From: Saccostrea echinata
Taxonomy: Eukaryota
Direction of reading: 5' to 3'
Length of the DNA stretch: 64,000 nt
Assembly (NCBI RefSeq): GCF_033153115.1
Contig: NW_026889781.1
Span: forward strand, 4,526,001-4,590,000
The translations under genes and the position numbers were made by a program. The notes under the pieces were generated by a model. That model had not been told where the DNA came from. It made no database searches and worked only from the letters and a program-made list of their open reading frames with translations. This document shows positions 51,900 to 64,000 of the stretch, one piece after another; the stretch's first letter is position 1, and each line of letters starts with the position of its first letter.

Positions 51900-53200
51900 C
51901 TCAACATGCCTCTTTAATAGATTTATGTGGAACGTTTTCGTCTTACCTTGAACATCCAATTGATAATCTACTCTGTTTACCTTTTCAGTCACCACAAAAG
52001 GTCCTTTCCACTGAAGCAATAACTTTTTGCTGTCAGTTGGCAATAGAACTAATGCTTTCTCTCCCACCTTTAGACTTCTATGCCTTGTTTTCTTGTCATA
52101 TTTTTTCTTATACCTGGTATACGACTTTTCTAAACTCTCCTTGGCTAAGTCTTCCATGGATTGAAGTCTGTCTTTGAGATCCAGGAGGTATTTATATGTG
52201 GTCTTTACGTTGGGATCTGGAATATTCTTGGTCCATAACTCTTTCAAGATAGAAATTGGTCCACGAACTGGCTCTGGGGCCATAGAACGTAGACGAGCTC
52301 ACTTTTGATCTTAGTCTCACTTTTACAAAAGGATTATTTAGTGGAAAAGTGAGACCGAGATCAAAAGTGAGCTTGTCTAAGTTTTATGGCCCTGAAGCCA
52401 GATCTGCCATATACAAGCTCGAACGGAGAAAGTCCAAGACTCTCCTGTGGAACTTCTCTATAGGCGAACAAAACTGCACTCAGGTACTTGTCCCAATCTT
52501 TATATTTCTCAGAACAAAGTCAAACAACATTTGTTTCAGAGTTCCGTTGAAACGTTCTCCCGACCCATTGCAACTCGCGGATCGGATGATATGGTGTTGT
52601 TGTCCATTGTCGAAGAGAAATAAGTCACTCACCTCTGACATTAGGGAAGAAGTAAATTGTGTTCCCATGTCTGTCAACATCTCATGGGGCACACCAATCC
52701 TCGAGAACATGTCCATAAGGTCCTCTGCAACTCTCTCTGTCTCGATGTTGGGTAAAGCTACAGCTTCGGGATAGCGAGTGGCATAATCTACCAGAGTCAA
52801 AATATAACTATTATCTTTGTCTGTGATGGGTAAATTGGTCCAACAAGATCCACGGCAACTCTCTGGAAGGGTTCATCTATGAATAGCATTCGTTCCAATG
52901 GCACTGTCTGTACCTTACCTTTGTGAACTGTGATTTGACAAATGTCACACGACTGACAGTAACGTCGCACTTCACTCTGCATCCCTGGCCAGAAGAATTC
53001 AGATGTAACGTTTGGTAAGGTCCGCTGTGTCCCCAAATGACCTGCTAACAAAGAGTCATGCGCTAGTTTCATTACCTGGTCCCGAAACTTTGCAGAAACA
53101 ACCAACTGGGTATACACTTTTTCTTGTCCTCCAGTATGAGTGATATATTATCTAAAGAAAGTCCATTTTTCTTAAACCAACTCACCTTACCATTTTTCTG
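51900..53200 (-). pseudogene. Gypsy integrase located upstream of RT (frameshifted)
   Basis: HHCC (AHDSLLAGHLG...CQSCDICQ), core VAVDLVGP / LVDYATRYPEA / TDMGTQFTS / ERFNGTLK, GPY/F motif WKGPFVV. Confidence 0.9.
52271..52401. mobile_element. 131-bp hairpin MITE (possibly PIF/Harbinger-like) inside the integrase
   Basis: Long IR ggggccatagaacgtagacgagctcacttttgatct / agatcaaaagtgagcttgtctaagttttatggccc; CTG/CAG at the junctions; removal restores ELVYGRSVRGPI in frame. Confidence 0.75.
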
Positions 53201-53283
53201 TCATATGGGAGTGTTAATGGAAACCTCTGCAGTCGGAACAGTTATTTTGGGACCATCTGCTAAAACACAAATCTGTTTCCTAC

Positions 53284-54313
53284 GCAGCACAGTTAAGGCT
53301 GCAGTAAGGAGGCGGGGCCTAATTTATACGGGAAATGCTTACTATGACATCACTCAAAAATATAAGTTCTTTAAAATACCACAAAATGAAATGATTTGCT
53401 ATTTTAAACTGTTGGATTGCTTTAAACTTCATCCATACTTACCATTGCATGCATTTTTGTCGTTGGTTAAATCACGCACAGCAATACATAAAGAATTCAC
53501 TGATCGCAATGCACTTGTCTATGTGACGTCATGTCGTAAAATTTGACGCAGTTTGTATGCAGTGAGAGGCGGATCTAGTTATATTTTATACAATGAAAAA
53601 TGTCTTTTGTAATTAAATAAAATATTACTTGCAGATATATAAGAGGCCATTAACTTGGATGCGATGTCTGTTTTATGATTTTATTAATATACTTCCCGTA
53701 CATTCACTAGACAAGCAATACTGCCGTATATTTGTATGCAGATTCATTGAAAGGTAAAAGAAGGGTCGTAATAAATCGATATATTGCAAGGATTTACCCT
53801 CAATGAATTATGTCAAGCTTTTCAATATAAAGTCAAGAAGTATGAAGATATTTGAAAAGTGCTGCGAACCTGATGAAATCTTGCAAATGAATTAATTATA
53901 TCTATATTTATTGTACTTGACCAGCGAAATATTCAACATACGGTCTAACAAATGTAATTTTAACAATTAGATAGTAGAATCTATATAGGTTCGCAGCACT
54001 TTTCACAAACTACAAAGAGTGTTGAAAATAATTATGAATTAAAGTTTGAAATTTAACTTGGTTATGCCCTTGCAATATTGGAATTTATAGATGACCTCAA
54101 TATTTCAGGTATATTTGCTAAAATCACGTGACTGCCACATCACGTGATAAGTCTAATTAAGAAATTTAATCGTCCTCAACATGTAGTTTTCATCCACATT
54201 GCATTTGTCCGATAATAGTAAAGTCCTTAAAAGAATCGCCAATCCTTGTAAAGATTGTATTTTCTATCTAAAAAAATCGCTGCTATTTCCATTTGGCACC
54301 TTAACTGTACTGC
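53284..54313. mobile_element. 1030-bp GC..TTAAGG-family insertion inside the Gypsy protease
   Basis: TIR gcagcacagttaagg / ccttaactgtactgc; CTAC repeated at 53280-53283 and 54314-54317; removal restores QGRKQICVLADG; internal IR aaaagtgctgcgaacct / aggttcgcagcactttt. Confidence 0.85.
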
Positions 54314-55560
54314 CTACCTTGTACTAGGTCTTCCTTTTGTATTTTACTCCTCCTACTGACAATACCGCTGCAGCCACTATCTCTCAAGAATGTTACTGGT
54401 ACATTGTTAACATATCCTGCAGATATCGGCATACTAGAAGCTAAGCACATTTGGCAAGATGAAAATGACGTAGTTGTTGGAAAAGATGATGCAGTGGAAT
54501 CTATAACAGAGTCTGAGGGCATTGTGCTAACAAAACACACCTTCTGCTCAGAAGATCCAAAGTCGTGTACAACATGCGACGCGTTGTTAAAAGTTGTTCT
54601 GGACTTACACTCTGATGCAATATGTCCAACTCTGGGGAATTTAAAGCACTTACGCTCTGACTTGGGTATGAATCTTTTCTTATCAAAAGATGATGTTCTC
54701 TTCAACACCCACTTTCTTTACCTGATCGACCTTTTTTGACAAAGAAATTTTACCCTTTCCTGAAGCTTGAAGCGCACTTAAGTCACGAGCATCTTTGTAC
54801 TTGCCAGCTAAGTTTGCAATTTTTGTTTATCTCTCAGGTATTCTCTCCTTCAAAAATAATCTCAAACATTGACTACATACATGCAGAAATTGATCTTGCA
54901 ACATAAGATCATATAAACCTTCATAGGTTTTGGTTGCCTTTGACATATCAATCCACCCATCAAAATAACTACTCAGTCAAACAGCAAATTGAGAAAAGCT
55001 TTCACATTGATCTGGCCTACATGATCTAAACTTCTTTTTAAAACCATCATCGGTCAATTCAAACCGTTTCAATAAAGCTGTCTTAAGAGTATTGTAATCA
55101 AGGGCATCAGTTTTGGGCATCAACGCATACACTTCTAAAGCCTTTCTCTTTAACAATGCACTAAGATTTATAGCCCAGTTTGATTTATCCCAGAGTTGAG
55201 CTTCAGCATATCTTTCAAACCTTAGGAGAAAGCTATCCATCTCATCATGAGAATCATCAAAGAAAGGGAGTTTGGGTGTTTTGGGAAAAACGTGACCGAC
55301 TATAACCTTTGCCTCTTCTGACAAAATAGGCTTTTGTTCTAGTTTCATTCAATCAATATCATTTCTAATTTTCTCTCTCTCTAACTCAAAACTTAGTCTA
55401 TCTCTTTCAACCTCAGCTTGAGAATTTATTTTAATCTTATCTAATTCTCTCTGAGCTTGTCTTTCATCTCTCTGTATAGCTTGCTGCTCTCTAATAAAAT
55501 TTGTCTGAATCTTGAAATCCAAAACTCTCCCCAAATAATTTCAACTCATTTAAATCATCC
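54314..55560 (-). pseudogene. gag: Gypsy gag (coiled coil, capsid, zinc knuckle) and protease N-terminus
   Basis: PKLPFFDD..DEMDSFLLRFERYA...W...W...LSALL...A...Y..LKTALLKRFELT..GFKKKFR; degenerate CCHC knuckle KCFK...GHIASEC; protease LRDSGCS. Confidence 0.88.
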
Positions 55561-56008
55561 CTTTTGGAGATGACTAACACATGTGACGAAACAAATTTTG
55601 ATTCAAACCTCACTTCACCTGTAACTACCGTAAAACCAGCAAAAAATGTGCATTTACAAACCGCATCGCGATAATCTTTACATCCAGCTACGCTGCATGC
55701 ATCATTGCTTACTCTGTCTTTACCAGAATGGCCCATCTCATTGAGACAGGCCCCACTCTTGTTAGCACTTTTTCTGAGGTCCCAAACAACCAGAATCTGG
55801 CTGATTCTCTACAACATAGAACAAACACAACAGCAAATTGGAAAATACTAAATGAAACAGCATGTAGAAAACAAAAAGCAAATGAAAAAAATCAACAAGA
55901 GAATTTTTTTTTTTTTTTAATTTTACAAAAATTATACAAAGTATATTTGAAAACTTAAGATGGTTTCACAGACAATAAAACAGAAAAATTATATTCTTAG
56001 GGAATCTT

Positions 56009-56026
56009 ATCCCACTTCTGAGACCA
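56009..56026 (-). promoter_or_regulatory. Primer-binding site complementary to a tRNA-Leu 3' end
   Basis: Minus strand TGGTCTCAGAAGTGGGAT, 3 nt inside the 5' LTR; one mismatch to the complement of the recalled tRNA-Leu(CAA) end ATCCCACTTCTGACACCA. Confidence 0.75.
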
Positions 56027-56029
56027 ATT

Positions 56030-57013
56030 TGTCACAGATAGTCAAGCGGATTTACTTCTTTGATAAATTTAATTATATCTCAAATCCTTTTGTCCAGATT
56101 ATTTACATATTTAATTACAATAAATGTACAAATATATAAAATCCGTTGTTTGTCCTTTAATGGTTTTTGTCCTGTCTCGCCTTCCACTCCAGCGGCTAGA
56201 GAAAGACCTCTAGGGCCTTTCTATTACATATCATTACGGGAGGGCAGACATACTGAAGGCACCGGGTGGCCTCTCCACACAGTCTCTATATATACTGTAA
56301 ACTATGGATGGATGGATGGAAACTGCTCCAACATACACATACAAAACTTTTACTAACGAGCTCTTGTGGCTTCACAAAAATACTCACTTTACTCATTATC
56401 AGATTTACAGATAATGTACACGTCTAAGATAAGACTCAAACACACATGACATGTTTAAACTATACATACAACCCATACACAAATGCAATATTTCGAATTG
56501 CTAATTTACGGACAAATTATTATGATGGAAATTGTACACCATACTTATAAATATTCAAATACTTGTTGCTATATATAGTAATCACATTAAACAAAATATA
56601 CATGCTAAAACTAATGAGAAATGCGGTGACTTGGTGTTTTAGGACAAAAGAATGATACAAGAAAATGACTAAGATAAAATTATAAACATAAACCTTACCT
56701 CAGAAAAGCTGGACAATTACACACAAGAAATACAAAGTAAGCCCTGCAAGTAATACTGGTACTCGGTGTAACTATTAATTCTGGTTACGAAACATATCTG
56801 AGAGGGGGTAAATGCGTCCTCCTCTCTGAACTGCCGTGTCCAAAACTAACTTGCACGGACTGGCGGGCTTTAAGGTCCAGTGAATTGAGGTTCAGTGAAG
56901 GATATGTACAGTAATAACACATTTAAAACGAAGGGGTTCCCCATGGGATATGTACATGAAATTTAAAATACATTAACAAAACAAACATATGATAGGATGA
57001 TTTTAATGTGACA
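56030..57013 (-). repeat. 5' LTR (984 bp)
   Basis: Direct repeat of 49307-50261. Confidence 0.95.
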
Positions 57014-57329
57014 ATCTGTAAGTTTTGATTTTATGTGTTAACAATTCCGGAAAAAAATTAACCNNNNNNNNNNNNNNNNNNNNNNNNNNNNNNNNNNNNN
57101 NNNNNNNNNNNNNNNNNNNNNNNNNNNNNNNNNNNNNNNNNNNNNNNNNNNNNNNNNNNNNNNNNNNNNNNNNNNNNNNNNNNNNNNNNNNAATTAGAAT
57201 AATATATAAAACAGGTGTTGATAAGTTGTGAATAATTTTCATGTCATTCAATTCCTTTCAAATTTGGTACGTATATATTGAAATCCTTCCAACGCCTCTA
57301 AAAAATTTATGAAATATGAAAGCAACGAG

Positions 57330-57720
57330 CCCATTATCATACTCAAACGTGCAGAGCAAACACAAACCTCTAAAAGCAGAGGTGGGATCAGATGGCATAA
57401 AAGAGTAAGTATCGACTGTCTACAGGTCACACCCGCCCTGACCGCTTTAATGACTGGGTAAACGGAGAAACTCGTAGTCAATTACGAAAGAAAAGGCCTT
57501 AGAATCTGCACGGAAGATATTTGTCAACAATCGACCTAACGATTGTTTGTATTCGCGAAAGAGGTCAACGTATAGACCACAGATTTTGCTCAATATTTAC
57601 ATCAAAGAAGATTTTAAATACTTTTGTATCATCAGCACTTCTGTGTGTAGAAACAGAATGGCTTTTAACAAGGTAAGTCTGCAGAAGATCACTTACAAAA
57701 AAAAAAAAAAAAAAAAATTG
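57330..57720 (-). mobile_element. Penelope-like 3' fragment
   Basis: Same 3' module (gcgggtgtgacc..gacag..atacttactc..ctgatcccacctct) and degenerate RT tail as 45975-46310. Confidence 0.5.
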
Positions 57721-58822
57721 CGAGTTCCATTCTTATTGAAAACAGTTTTAAATGATGTCTTTTAATCAGAAGGGGGAGAAATATGTAGAGTGTTAAAAAG
57801 TCATACGTTATGATGCTTTTTGGTAATTCAGGTTATTTATTTATTTTATATTCTTGTCTTTGACAGACCCTTAACCGTATACCTGATCAAAAAATGGCTG
57901 TTTACCGGCCAACAGGGGATGTTTACTTCTTCTACGCACTTGAAGTCACCTCTGGAACCTCATGGGGTCCATTTTAATGCCCTGCTTATAGATTTGTAAT
58001 ATTTATAAATTATTTAATTAGTTATAAACCTAAATCTCAAGTTTGGAAGGCCAGTTTGTGCTCCACTTCTTCTCATATAGATTAGATTCTCGTTTAACCT
58101 TGTTTTCGCGAACCAGTAGGGATGAAATTTGAAACAAAAAATTCAAAGTACAATGCTGTAAGACAGGTCCCCTTGATTTATGTTGAGGCAAAGGCCTTCT
58201 TTTGACCAGAAATTAAATTGGAAAAAAAAAATGATCCATAGAATGGAGTGTATGATTTTTGTTTTTCAAATATGCGCTACAGGTTAATCTCCATAATCAT
58301 ATAAGCTTTAAAAATACTGTTTAAATTGTTGGAACTATAAATTAATCCTGTAAGTTGGTATTCACATTTTCTTGAATTACTGAAAAAGGTGAGGTANNNN
58401 NNNNNNNNNNNNNNNNNNNNNNNNNNNNNNNNNNNNNNNNNNNNNNNNNNNNNNNNNNNNNNNNNNNNNNNNNNNNNNNNNNNNNNNNNNNNNNNNNNNN
58501 NNNNNNNNNNNNNNNNNNNNNNNNNAATACGTATCTTAGAGAATTTCAGAGAGGGATCATGTGCCTCAGGGGAGTAAGCACCCCGTTGACTATTTAATGT
58601 CTATATCAGATATTGAAATATTGAATGTCTAAAAGTTAATTTACAAATCCATTCATTTCAAATTTGTTACTGTGTTCTATGTAATTCACGTGGTGCTCCT
58701 GACATTTATTAATCTGATTGCCATGCTCTCGGAAGACCGTTTTAAGGAATGTGTTTCTTTCCTTCCATTTATTAGCATCTTCACGTCCAGACCATGCCTT
58801 GAAGCCTCGGACCAATAACCTG

Positions 58823-59250
58823 GTACACGGCTAGGATAAGGCTGTCCGTAAAATATCAAACTATCCCAACTGTAGTAACTTCTCTGAACTACCTAGATAT
58901 GACGTCATATTAGCATCTGACGTCAAGTCACTGCATACTTGAGAAGACATGACGGGGAAAGTGTAATAACTTTTACATTCCTATCACATGACATGTAATG
59001 ATTTTTTTTAGCGTTGTTGCTTGATTCCAGTGTCTGGATTGTTCTTTAAGCTTAAGTGTGCTGTTTTGATGTTGAATATTTGCAATTTAATATCGCTATT
59101 CCTATAACCTGTCCGATATACATATATTCAAACAATAACAAAGAATTACTCTGAAATGCTCCCCCTTACACGTTTGTGGACAGATTTTTCTAGGGGATTG
59201 TATGTAATTTATCCTATTTTGCATAAATTGCTATAAGGAGTAGAAAATGC
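58823..59250. mobile_element. TACRCGG..GATAAGGC-ended element, homologous to 63493-64000; right end uncertain
   Basis: tacacggctaggataaggctgtccg...gtagtaacttctctgaactacctagatatgacgtcata shared with 63493 onward. Confidence 0.65.
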
Positions 59251-61150
59251 CCCTTTGTATGTGGGTAAGTTGAATTTCTCGTGGAATATTTTCTCAAGAA
59301 GTGAAATTCAGACTTGCCTCCAGCACTTTATATGTACCAAAGATCACAATGAATTGACTTATGTGACAATTTTTTCCCAATAATGTTGTTTTGCACTTGT
59401 GCCAATGCGATTTTTCTGCAACATTTATGAATTTATATGCCCGTCACGTGTTCAACAAAGTCATGTGACATCACAAAAATGCATTATTATAATACCTGAT
59501 TACACTCTCATCACAAGTTGACTGTAAATTTATACATAGATTAAAAAATTAAATTAAAATGTATCTCAAAATAAAATGTATATTTTAATGCATATAAAGC
59601 CTCGAGAGCTTTACTTTATTTTTTCACCTATCAAACTTACATCATCATTCGTAGACTCAAGCCTTGCACGAATGATTTATGTTTTTGATGGCAGATTATT
59701 TGGAAAAATGTATCATAATTTGGATTTTAAACCATTTACTAGCTGGTATGAACTTCCGTTAGCCTTTTTAAAAAATGTAGTTTGTACATTATATTTTAGA
59801 TTTTTTTTCTGTAGTTAGCTTTTTAGATCTTTATGATAGTTTCAATACTTTACAGAGACAGATACTTCCTTTGCCATTTCAAGATTTTTTCCCCATTAGC
59901 TTGCTAAACACCCTTTTTATCTAGATACAACACTCTTCATTTGGCCATTTTTATTGATCTGCATTATACCTATGTTTTACAACATAAGACAAAGTGGCAA
60001 AAAGTGCAGTTTATTTTAATAACAGGAAAATTTGATACAGTAAATGTGAGGCTTTCATGAAATATATTTATAAATTCTCAAAAGTAATATAGGTAAAAAA
60101 AAATGTATGACCTCTTAGCATTTTGTCCTTTGTTAATTTTTGAATATCGACAGGGTATGCATTATAGTACTCAACACAGGGTTAGCAAAAACAAAACAAA
60201 CACAAACAAACAAACAAAAAAGCAAAAAAAAAAAAAAAAAAACAGAAAGAAGAAAGTACTCATACTTACAATGATGGTGGGAAATGAGGTTATTACTGGG
60301 AATTAATGGAATTACCTGGGATATACTTGGACAATAAGCATAGATTAATGTTTCATAATTTTAATCATGTCTTCTAGAGTATAAATATGTAGTTAACTTT
60401 ACAAGCTAAGGATATCTCATCATTGGCCTTGGTTTAAGATCATTGGCTACCTAGTAATGCAACTTGTTACAAATGAACATAACACAGTTTACTCATACAG
60501 GAGTGCTGTTTGTTTCAATACTTGAGTTTGATATATTATTGTCCATGAGACTGAATCACAAAGATTTAATTATTTGAGATTATTATGTAACGAAGAAGGA
60601 TCAAAGAAAAATGCAGGGAATGTAGTGTATATGTCTCAACTAAGAAGAGTTCGTTCAGCTCTACTTAAGGTAATTAATATCTCTAAAACAGGAGTTCACA
60701 ACTGTCAAACGTCAATTAATTAAAATATATATATATATATGTTTGATTGTGATACCTACATAGAAAGACTTAACCACTTTTTTTCATGTTTAGGTTATTT
60801 ATAATACAAAGATAGGGAGAAAATTTGCTTCGAAATATCCTGTTTGTATAAGAAACAAACGAGGGGACTTATGATAAAGAATGCTTATTAAATGAAGGGA
60901 AAAGAGGACTGTAGTGATACATGACACTGACATTCTGTTGAATTAAAGTTTGAGATTTATTGATCTTGTGATTTTATTTTAATTATCTACGGTATATTTT
61001 ATCTCTAAAACATCTAAACCCATTACAAAAAATAATAATAAAAGTATACTTTGTATTTCCCAGAGTTTTCCCAGTTTAGAGGAAATTTGTTGCAATTATC
61101 AGGACGAGGACAACAGATATTTACCAATAGTAATTACAGTACCAACTATA

Positions 61151-63386
61151 CCCAACCTGACAGTTCCTGCTAGAGCAGTCCCACAGCGGTCCCAGAGAAG
61201 TCCCACAGCGATCACAGAGGGATCCCAGAGCAATCCCAGGACAGTCCCACAGCAGTACCATAGCTTTACCAGCAGTCACACAGCAGTCACAGAGTGGTCC
61301 CAGAACAGTCCTACAGCAGTCCCTCAGCTGTCCCAGCAGTCCCAGAAAGTAGTCCCAGCAGCCCCCCCCCCTCCCCCTCCTCAGTTCCAGTGGGCAGGAT
61401 TAATTAATTTAGGGATTGGAGCTGCTGAAGTTAGATTATCAATAAACAGTGTAACTATTTTAAAGGCAAATGAAACTAATGAAGCATTTCTTTTCCAAGA
61501 AGAAAAAGTCATTATTATACATGAACATATAACACCAAATATTCAAAATTCTTACGAGCTATATAGACGAAGAAGAATTATGAAAGTTAAAAGACTTTAA
61601 CGCTAAATAATAGCATGAATAATTCTTCACATATAGTATATTAATTTTGCATCAAATTAAATTGTTTTTGTTTATTTGATGTGATTTATATTGGTTCCCA
61701 TATAATTATTTTATGGAAAATTAAAATCGAATGGCTTTTTAGACCAGAATTACCAAAAAAAATGGATCTTAAGATTATATATCAAGGCAAATTTCTGTAT
61801 TACTTTGAATGCATTTTTCATCGGCGGTGGGTCTTGTGAAAATTCTTCATAACAATTTGCCTACTAGTATTCTGGTCATGATAATTTTCACTTACATGTC
61901 GATTTAATTACCGTTAGAATCTTTATGTAACAGAAATCATCTTCACTATTTTAAAGTCTTGTATTTAATAAATGTTTGCATGTACACGTAAATCACTCGA
62001 GTGAATACCTCTGATATTCAAAATTAAATAATCCAGAAATAAAATTTATATCATATTTATTGGATCAAAATCAGTAATGGTTGACCATTATGGTCAGTGA
62101 TGTGTAACAATGATACCTAAATAACACGCATGGATTTTCTGTTAATCATGCATGTGCAGGAGCGATTGAAACCTCAGATGTTAATATCTTTTTGGTTGTC
62201 TTTTAATTAATCTGCCAGGCAATGCTGTTCATATTTCTCAAACACAAAAATAAATAACAAATAAGGCACAATTCCCGATATTTTTAAAACATGTTTATTT
62301 TTACTTGTTCAAAAGTTAAAAAATTAATTCAGAAAAAAAAAATCCACAAATAATTGATCAAATTCTTTATTCGACTGAAGAATGGTAGAATATTTCATTT
62401 CATGGACATTTATTTGATCATAAGTTTTATTTTGAAACCGTAAAAATATCATTGATTTTTTTTTTCTAGCGAGGAATTAGCTTTTTCTTTTTTATCGAAC
62501 TTTTTTTTTTTTAAATAATGCAGACTTTGAGTATGATATTTAACAACATTTATCAATTAATGATCTATTTAAAAAAAAAAATGTAAGGTAAGGAGTTGAC
62601 ACTTAAGTCACGGATTCGAATCCCACTGCGGGATGTGAAGATCGGTCCTTCGGATGAGACCGTATAAACCGAGATCCCGTGTCGCAGTAGGCGCTGGCAC
62701 GGAGAAGATCCCTCACTGCTAAATGACACTGAGTGGCTAGTGCAGATCTAAATTTGCAGTCCTCGAACAGCAAGTTGTGGCGTCTCAATATGAGTGAAAA
62801 ATTCTCGAACAGGATGTTAAACAAACGAACAAACAAACACCTGTATAAACAATAATATAAATAAACGGGGAAACAATTCATTATTTCCTGCAGAATTTTT
62901 TTTAATATTGACATTATTTTTTCTCATTAGTTCTAGACTATAATTGTGTACAACTTAAGACCTTTAGTGTTCGATGTGTTTCAGAGGTCGGCGGTTTACA
63001 CATGTACAAAAAATCCTATTTTTTCAGTAACTATCCGTACTACTTCAGTAACTGTCCGTAATTAAAATTTTATGGGAAACCCATGTCTCTTTATTATTAT
63101 TTCTTTAACAATCTCTCTTCTGAAAGTAAACAAAACTACAACATGGAACCTGCAAATCTGGAATACATATTATCTTGTCACTCAGAACCTTTATCTCACG
63201 CATGAGTGAACAAAACACAGTCTCAGAGAGCAGTCCTGGGGACTGCTGGGACTGCTACGTTTGCTTTCTAGAGCAGTCCGACGGCGGTCCCAAATCAGTC
63301 CCAGAGCAGTCCCACTTTCTCAGAGAGCAGTCCAGAACAATCTCCGGGACTATTTTTTTTTGGGACTGCCTGGATATCAGGCCGGG
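61151..63386. mobile_element. Non-autonomous CCC-ended EnSpm/CMC-like element, copy 2
   Basis: TA|cccaacctgaca ... tatcaggccggg|TA; cagtcccacag arrays 61170-61360 and 63220-63370; collinear with 46326-48568. Confidence 0.7.
62590..62839 (+). mobile_element. V-domain-like SINE nested in the previous element
   Basis: ggattcgaatccc B box, ttcggatgagaccgtataaaccgagatcccgtgtc core, (aaac)n tail; not seen in copy 1 of the host element. Confidence 0.75.
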
Positions 63387-63492
63387 TATGTTAAGTACTC
63401 TATTTCCCGGCCAACTTTGATTTTTGAGTCATGAGTTTTTAAAGACCGTGAAAACCATGAATAATGCAGATATTAGTTTAATTTTCTTTTTG

Positions 63493-64000
63493 TACGCGGG
63501 TAGGATAAGGCTGTCCGAAGAATGGCACAGTGTACCAGCCGTAGTAACTTCTCTGAACTACCTAGATATGACGTCATAATGGCATATGACGTAAAGTCAC
63601 TGCAAATTTGAGCAGGCATGACGGGGAAAGTGTCATAACTATCACATTCCTTTGACGTCACATATAGAATTTCTTTATGTTGATGTTTAATTCATGTGTC
63701 TGGATTGTTGTTTTAAGGCTGTTATGATGGTAAATATTTGCAGTATAATATCATTATTCCTTTTTCTTGTCTAACATGTAAGTATTCAAAGAATTACAAA
63801 AAAATGAATGTGAAATGCTCCCCCTTACACGTCCGTAGATAAAAGGAGAATTTATAAATCTTAGATTCATTAGACTGGCACAAGTGAATAATAAGGATTA
63901 ATTGAAGATATTCTGTGTGAATCTACCAGAGAAATATGTCCTCTATCTGAATTTTGCTGGGGGATTGTATGTAATTTATCCCATTTTGTATAAATTGCGA
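63493..64000. mobile_element. TACGCGGG-ended element running off the window end
   Basis: Direct homology with 58823-59250. Confidence 0.65.

Larger units (their letters stand above)
49307..57013 (-). mobile_element. Full-length, decayed Gmr1-like Ty3/Gypsy LTR retrotransposon
   Basis: Paired LTRs with TGTCACA..TGTGACA ends, 5-bp TSD ATCTG (49302-49306, 57014-57018), PBS, PPT, gag-PR-IN-RT-RH remnants. Confidence 0.95.

Noticed and set aside
52349-52774. Plus-strand ORFs over the Gypsy element (also 51210, 51510, 53124, 54404)
   Set aside because: Antisense shadows of pol/gag, some crossing insertion junctions; no independent coding signal

Overview
AT-rich eukaryotic (animal) genomic DNA with five assembly gaps. 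It is almost entirely transposon-derived; the repeat families resemble those of a bivalve such as an oyster (inference). No intact host protein-coding gene is recognisable and most ORFs in the track are spurious or TE fragments. Main components: (1) a full-length but frameshifted Ty3/Gypsy LTR retrotransposon (49307-57013, minus; ATCTG TSD, tRNA-Leu-type PBS, PPT) with the Gmr1-type order gag-PR-IN-RT-RNaseH and two nested insertions; (2) two inverted copies of a TTAA piggyBac-like element whose decayed transposase appears split by spliceosomal introns (11733-22185 plus; 35866-~40800 minus); (3) fragments of DIRS/Ngaro-type tyrosine-recombinase retrotransposon(s) over ~1-23.4 kb, broken by nested insertions; (4) CACTA/EnSpm-like non-autonomous elements with 11-bp subterminal repeats, hairpin-ended Crypton-like elements, MITEs, tRNA-derived SINEs and Penelope-like fragments; (5) an unclassified group of ~1-kb elements sharing (TAC)GC..TTAAGG ends and an internal AAAAGTGC inverted repeat; (6) three related minus-strand exon-like segments (27.6, 30.8, 42.2 kb) that may belong to a small secreted-peptide gene family. 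All classifications are by eye from motifs; no database searches were run.
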